Of a stretch of DNA of 64,000 nucleotides, positions 59,371 through 64,000 are shown one piece after another. Made by a program: the position numbers and the translations under genes. Positions within the stretch are counted from its first letter, which is position 1. Every line of letters starts with the position of its first letter. This stretch comes from Anthoceros angustus (Eukaryota; Plantae; Anthocerotophyta): assembly GCA_010909165.1 (NCBI GenBank), contig VJWM01000025.1:1860001-1924000 (forward strand). Direction: 5' to 3'. The notes beneath the pieces were generated by a model. The model did no database searches and was not told the DNA's origin. It was given only the letters and a program-made list of their open reading frames with translations.

Positions 59371-60600
59371 CTACCTAGCACTATGATACTCTAGTATTCT
59401 GCTATAAAGTAGCTGCTTTAGGTCCTGTTGAGATAAATCAGCTAAGTCAACAATCTCAAACTTTGACCATATCTTGGACTGCGCATCTGTACCACAAGTT
59501 TTTTGTTGTTGAGCAGCCACTTCAAAATAGGGATGTAATAAGACCTCTTTGGTTGTGATGGTCACACCTGTACTACAAGTTTTTTGTCCTACAATTCTTT
59601 CAAAAAAGGGGTGTAGGAGAGCGTCTTTAGCTGTGATTGCCTTTTGTAAACTCTTCATAGAAAGAAGCTTGAGTAAGGATACAGCCATAGGATCGGCTAT
59701 GCGACATCTATCTTTTCGATGGATGGTAATGTTTGTTTTCAAATCTACTTCAAATAAATATCCACTTGATAATATTTCTTCAAAAATATTACCCACATCC
59801 CAAATATCAATAAATGAATATTTTAAAGACTTCTTTGGTACACCGTAAGCTTGAGTTCCTAAGAAAAAACCAGGTGGCAAAGGGATATCATATTGATTCA
59901 TTGGCATAGCACGGGCTAACCCAAAATCACCTATTTTAGATAAACCATCAGCATTTACTAGTATATTGTTTGACTTCAAATCTAAGTGGATAACATTCAT
60001 CGAATGCAAATATTCGACTCCCTGAAGGATTTGATAGAGCAAATCTTGTTGTTCATCGATAGATAAGTTTGATTCATTTAAAATTGTAGAAAGATCGTTT
60101 GTCATCAATTCTGTCACTATGTATACATCATCAAAATCTTCATTGGGTGGGAGAAATACATCTTTGAATTGAATAACATGATTATATTGTAATGATTGGA
60201 GCAATGTTAGTTCTCGGAAGGTACTTAGAATTATATCTCGATTGTTATATAGATGTATATGTTTTATAGCCACATTTTCACCTGTTGTCACATCTTTTGC
60301 AGCATACACCATTCCGAAAGCTCCCTCACTCAAATATTTCATGATTTGGTATGATGATTGAATGCCATAATTTGGAAAATAGAAATCAATTGGTTCTGTA
60401 TGGTTACTCATGTCCTTTCCTGTAACAAATATGTCACTAAGAATTAGGAAAACAGATACAAAAGTACCCTTTAGCATATAAGAACTCTTCATTTTAAAAG
60501 TCTGCAAAATCACATAATCAGCAAACTTTAGAACTTGGAAAGACAAAAGTGGCTGATTTTGCACAAGGGAACTTAAGTCGAGTGAGTTCTCTTTACACAC
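59371..60600 (-). CDS. Intronless MAPK-derived kinase/pseudokinase, open ORF (409 aa)
   Basis: SEGAFG, VAIK, FRELTLL, FDDVYIVTELM, HLDLKSNNIL, DFGLAR, IDIW, ITAKDALLHPFF, C-terminal QDLKQLLYSRILEYH; no TxY. Confidence 0.88.
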   Translation of the reverse strand: MCKENSLDLSSLVQNQPLLSFQVLKFADYVILQTFKMKSSYMLKGTFVSVFLILSDIFVTGKDMSNHTEPIDFYFPNYGIQSSYQIMKYLSEGAFGMVYAAKDVTTGENVAIKHIHLYNNRDIILSTFRELTLLQSLQYNHVIQFKDVFLPPNEDFDDVYIVTELMTNDLSTILNESNLSIDEQQDLLYQILQGVEYLHSMNVIHLDLKSNNILVNADGLSKIGDFGLARAMPMNQYDIPLPPGFFLGTQAYGVPKKSLKYSFIDIWDVGNIFEEILSSGYLFEVDLKTNITIHRKDRCRIADPMAVSLLKLLSMKSLQKAITAKDALLHPFFERIVGQKTCSTGVTITTKEVLLHPYFEVAAQQQKTCGTDAQSKIWSKFEIVDLADLSQQDLKQLLYSRILEYHSAR

Positions 60601-60673
60601 TATGTTACAATATTGTAGACTATTTTTACTTTAAGACTAATCCTCCATATATAGTAGATAGAATTCTTGAATT

Positions 60674-61362
60674 CGAAGGTCATTTTCATTATATCAATTC
60701 GAATTGTTTTAGTTTTTGTCTCTCAATTTAATTAATTCTTCAATGTTGCGCAAATTAAGCAGGTTAGGATTGCCTGTGCCAAACGTACAAGACCAATCTA
60801 CATATGTTTCCAAGACCAATCTACATATGTTTTAGTTTTTGTCTCTCAATTTAATTAATTCTTCAATGTTGCAAATTAAGGTGTTAGGATTGCTGTGCCA
60901 AACATACAAGACCAATCTATATATGTTTCCAAGCTGATAGACACATATGTGCATCGTGTTTCCAAGCCGGTAGAAACATATCGATCCTTTGTGATATATC
61001 GGTCCAAATGGAAACGAAGGTCATTTTCATTATATCAATTCAATTGTTTTAGTTTTTGTCTCTCAATTTAATTAATTCTTCAATGTTGCAAATTAAGCAG
61101 GTTAGGATTGCCTGTGCCAAACGTACAAGACCAATCTACATATGTTTCCAAGACCAATCTACATATGTTTTAGTTTTTGTCTCTCAATTTAATTAATTCT
61201 TCAATGTTGCGCAAATTAAGCAGGTTAGGATTGCCTGTGCCAAACATACAAGACCAATCTATATATGTTTCCAAGCTGATAGACACATATGTGCATCGTG
61301 TTTCCAAGCCGGTAGAAACATATCGATCCTTTGTGATATATCGGTCCAAATGGAAACGAAGG
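60674..61362. repeat. Higher-order tandem repeat: 2 x ~342 bp, each with two ~125-bp subunits
   Basis: CGAAGG at 60674, 61015, 61357; GTTTTAGTTTTTGTCTCTCAATTTAATTAATTC occurs four times. Confidence 0.95.
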
Positions 61363-61660
61363 CCGTTATTAAGCATCTTGGCTTAGTCCAAATGGACACA
61401 CATTTATACGACGGCTGTTGTTAAGCATCTTGATCTTCATTTGATACCCCTAGTGCAAGTAACTTAGGCACACCATGGTACAAGTTGTTAGCTATTAAGG
61501 CAACTAGATCTTCGATCGATACTTAGATGGGGTGCCTAAAGGGAGTGAATACCCTTGGTGTAGGCACACCATGGTACGAAGTTGTTAAAGTACCAAGTAC
61601 CATGAAAGGAAAATTCCGTCAAGTGGACTACAACATATTCTTCTTCTTCTTCCTTCCAGC
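61363..61660 (-). pseudogene. Diverged remnant of ORF-X
   Basis: Shares CCAAATGGACACACATTTATA, GTGCAAGTAACTTAGGCA, CCATGGTACAAGTTGTTA, GTGCCTAAAGGGA and TTCTTCTTCTTC with 800-1000 and 28430-28640. Confidence 0.6.
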
Positions 61661-61706
61661 ATCGAAAGCAGTCCAGTACAAAAGCACCTGGATTTAACGA
61701 CTGTCT

Positions 61707-64000
61707 TCAATGCCGATCCTTACAAGAACAGAACCCGTCCAGGAATCGATGCACTCGATGCGCATCCCTCACTATGATCTCCCGCTTCTCCAGCCGTGAC
61801 ATGATCTTGGTGCTGCTGTGGCAGTCATCACACATGCGAAGATTTTTGGTAACTAGCAAAGCGGCGCCGTCTGGTGTATGCAGCAAGCCATACGCCAAGG
61901 CCAGTTTCTCCGCATGTCCACAGAGGGCATCCTCCTTTACCTGCTCAGATGATGCATTCCACACCAGCTCTGTTTGTGGCACATGGCCTCCTTGCTCCTT
62001 CAACCTCACGTTCACACTCTTCGACTTAGACACAATGTCAGGCCTTCCCTCTCCTACTGTGAACTCATGCACCCCATTCTTCACTTCGATGCATGCCTTT
62101 GCAGGCTTCTTCATGGCACCTGCCGACTTTCTCAAGCCTTCTATCCTATCTACATCGTCCCACCTGCCTGCTTTGGCGTAGATGGCTCCCAGCAGCACAT
62201 ACGCACTCGCATCATCTGCTTCCAGTTCTACAAGACGGTCAAAGCATCGTCTTCCACGCTCTACATCACCGTAGCTTTTGCAAGCACTCAGCAAAGCTGT
62301 CCAGGCAACAACGTCGTTCACAAACAGCCTGGTTTGCAGCATGTTTTCAGCCTCATGCAGTTTTCCTGACCGCCCAAGAAGATCAACCATGCAGCTGTGG
62401 TGATAATCAGTAGGCACAATCCCGCGGCGTGCTACCATCATCTTGAAATAATGCTGGCCCTCGTGCACCAGGCCTGCATGACTGCATGCCACAAAAAGGC
62501 AGATGTAGGTCGTTTCATCTGGCTCAACACCTTGCTTGAGCATCTCCTCAAAACACCAGATTGCCATGCGACCATCGCCATGTTCTGCATACCCATTCAG
62601 CATGGATGTCCATGTCACCAAATCTTTCCTGGCCAATCCGTCAAACACGATGCGAGCATTTTCCAGACTCCCACACTTCGCATACAAGTCCACCAGGCTG
62701 CTGCCCAGACACAAGTCAGATTCCAGGCCTTGTTCACGAATCTGTGCATGCAGCTGCTTCCCCTGATGAAGGGCTCCCACATCGGCACACGCTTTCAGGA
62801 GGCACATATAAGTGACGTTGTCGGCAGGAGTGATGCCCTCCTGCTGCATACTTGCGTACAGAGCCAGGGCATCTTGACTGAGCCCATGCTGTGTGTATCC
62901 TGTGAGCATAGTATTCCATGTAACCACATCCCTTGTGGGCAATGTGTCAAAAATTCTGCGAGCATCTTGCAAGCTCCCACACTTGGAATACATGTCCACG
63001 AGACAATTGCCAATCACTGGATCAAATGCCAGTCCACATTTCTGAATTTGATCATGGAGCTGCTTACCCTGCTGCAAATCTCTCACACTGGCACATGCTT
63101 GAAGCAGGCACACAAACATGGCACGACCGGTCGGAGTTATGCCCTCACGTTGCATTTCTGCATACAGAGCCAGAGCTTCTCGACCCAGCCCATGCTGCGT
63201 ATATCCTGCTATCATGGCAGTCCATGTCACATCATCTCTAGTGGGCAATCTGCAGAACACACTGTGCGCCTCCTCCAAACTCCCACACTTTGCATACATG
63301 GTAACCAAGCTATTGGCAACGAAGACATCAGCCGTCAGTTCACTGGCCAAAATATGGGCATGCACCTCCTTTCCAGAAACCAGATCCTTTGCAGTGGCAC
63401 AAGCCTTCAGAACTGCCACAAATATACGATTGTCAGGCCTCACTGTAGAGTCCCTCATTTGTCGATACAGCTGTATAGCCTGCGTGGGCTGCCCATGTCG
63501 AGCATGCGCCAGAATGATGGTGGCCCACATATACACGTTTGGGGCAGTCACTCTGGTGAACACCTGTATTGCGTCCTTCAATTTCCCATGAGCCGCATAC
63601 ATAGCAATCAGGTGGTTTGCCAAGAAGGCGTTACACTCGAACCCACTCTTGACAGCAAGGACATGAAGGCGCCTGCCTAGAACCAGATCCTTGTGAGCAA
63701 TGCACCTCTTGAGACAAGCATAAAAGAGAGACGGGTCAATATAACATCTAAGCTGAAGCAGTAGGTCCAAGGATTGTACGGCCTCTTCCAGCTGTCCCTC
63801 CTCGCAGCACTTGCTCACAGTTTCAAACACAGATTCAATTCCAGATACACATCCATGACCAGCATCCCACTTGGCTAGCTGAGCATCCACCCATCCAGGC
63901 TTTCGACGGCTGTCCAGCCAGAGAGGTTCTTTCGAAGCTTTGTGCCTGAAGTCAGGATGACGGGAACTTCTCTTATCCCGCCTGTTGTCCCACCACCGTG
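61707..64000 (-). CDS. PLS-class PPR protein with DYW:KP-type deaminase domain (5' end beyond window)
   Basis: P-L-S triplets, E1/E2, then KKPAKACIEV..HEFTVG, GHAEKLA, KNLRMCDDCH, CSCKDRH*; frame stays open from 63890 to window edge. Confidence 0.95.
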   Translation of the reverse strand, partial: RWWDNRRDKRSSRHPDFRHKASKEPLWLDSRRKPGWVDAQLAKWDAGHGCVSGIESVFETVSKCCEEGQLEEAVQSLDLLLQLRCYIDPSLFYACLKRCIAHKDLVLGRRLHVLAVKSGFECNAFLANHLIAMYAAHGKLKDAIQVFTRVTAPNVYMWATIILAHARHGQPTQAIQLYRQMRDSTVRPDNRIFVAVLKACATAKDLVSGKEVHAHILASELTADVFVANSLVTMYAKCGSLEEAHSVFCRLPTRDDVTWTAMIAGYTQHGLGREALALYAEMQREGITPTGRAMFVCLLQACASVRDLQQGKQLHDQIQKCGLAFDPVIGNCLVDMYSKCGSLQDARRIFDTLPTRDVVTWNTMLTGYTQHGLSQDALALYASMQQEGITPADNVTYMCLLKACADVGALHQGKQLHAQIREQGLESDLCLGSSLVDLYAKCGSLENARIVFDGLARKDLVTWTSMLNGYAEHGDGRMAIWCFEEMLKQGVEPDETTYICLFVACSHAGLVHEGQHYFKMMVARRGIVPTDYHHSCMVDLLGRSGKLHEAENMLQTRLFVNDVVAWTALLSACKSYGDVERGRRCFDRLVELEADDASAYVLLGAIYAKAGRWDDVDRIEGLRKSAGAMKKPAKACIEVKNGVHEFTVGEGRPDIVSKSKSVNVRLKEQGGHVPQTELVWNASSEQVKEDALCGHAEKLALAYGLLHTPDGAALLVTKNLRMCDDCHSSTKIMSRLEKREIIVRDAHRVHRFLDGFCSCKDRH

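Noticed and set aside
62397-63680. 427-aa plus-strand ORF, and many similar ORFs opposite the PPR, GDSL and RBM28 genes
   Set aside because: Antisense shadows of strongly supported coding sequences; no independent motifs

Overview
Eukaryotic plant nuclear DNA. The short introns, PLS-class PPR genes with long-L motifs, a DYW:KP-type PPR and a phenylalanine hydroxylase point to a non-flowering land plant, most likely a hornwort (inference). Left half (1-31.7 kb): a tandem array of ~4.2-kb units, each an AT-rich island with an intronless MAPK-derived kinase plus an unknown companion ORF, separated by CRE-like (RLE) non-LTR retrotransposon remnants. One remnant carries two young Ty1/copia insertions: 3457-20028 (TG..CA LTRs, with a nested Ty3/gypsy at ~5393-13468) and 20307-27121 (unusual TA..TA LTRs). 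The next unit shows both empty sites. Right half: compact host genes (GDSL lipase, RBM28/NOP4-like, mitochondrial RRF with an intragenic duplication, AAH/PAH, LQY1, two E+ PPRs), two small TIR elements, a third kinase/companion-ORF island with an open kinase ORF, and a PLS-PPR with a DYW:KP domain (candidate U-to-C editor). Many local direct duplications with microhomology junctions, and frameshifts dominated by small indels, suggest that part of the apparent decay is long-read consensus error. All pseudogene calls therefore need read-level confirmation.
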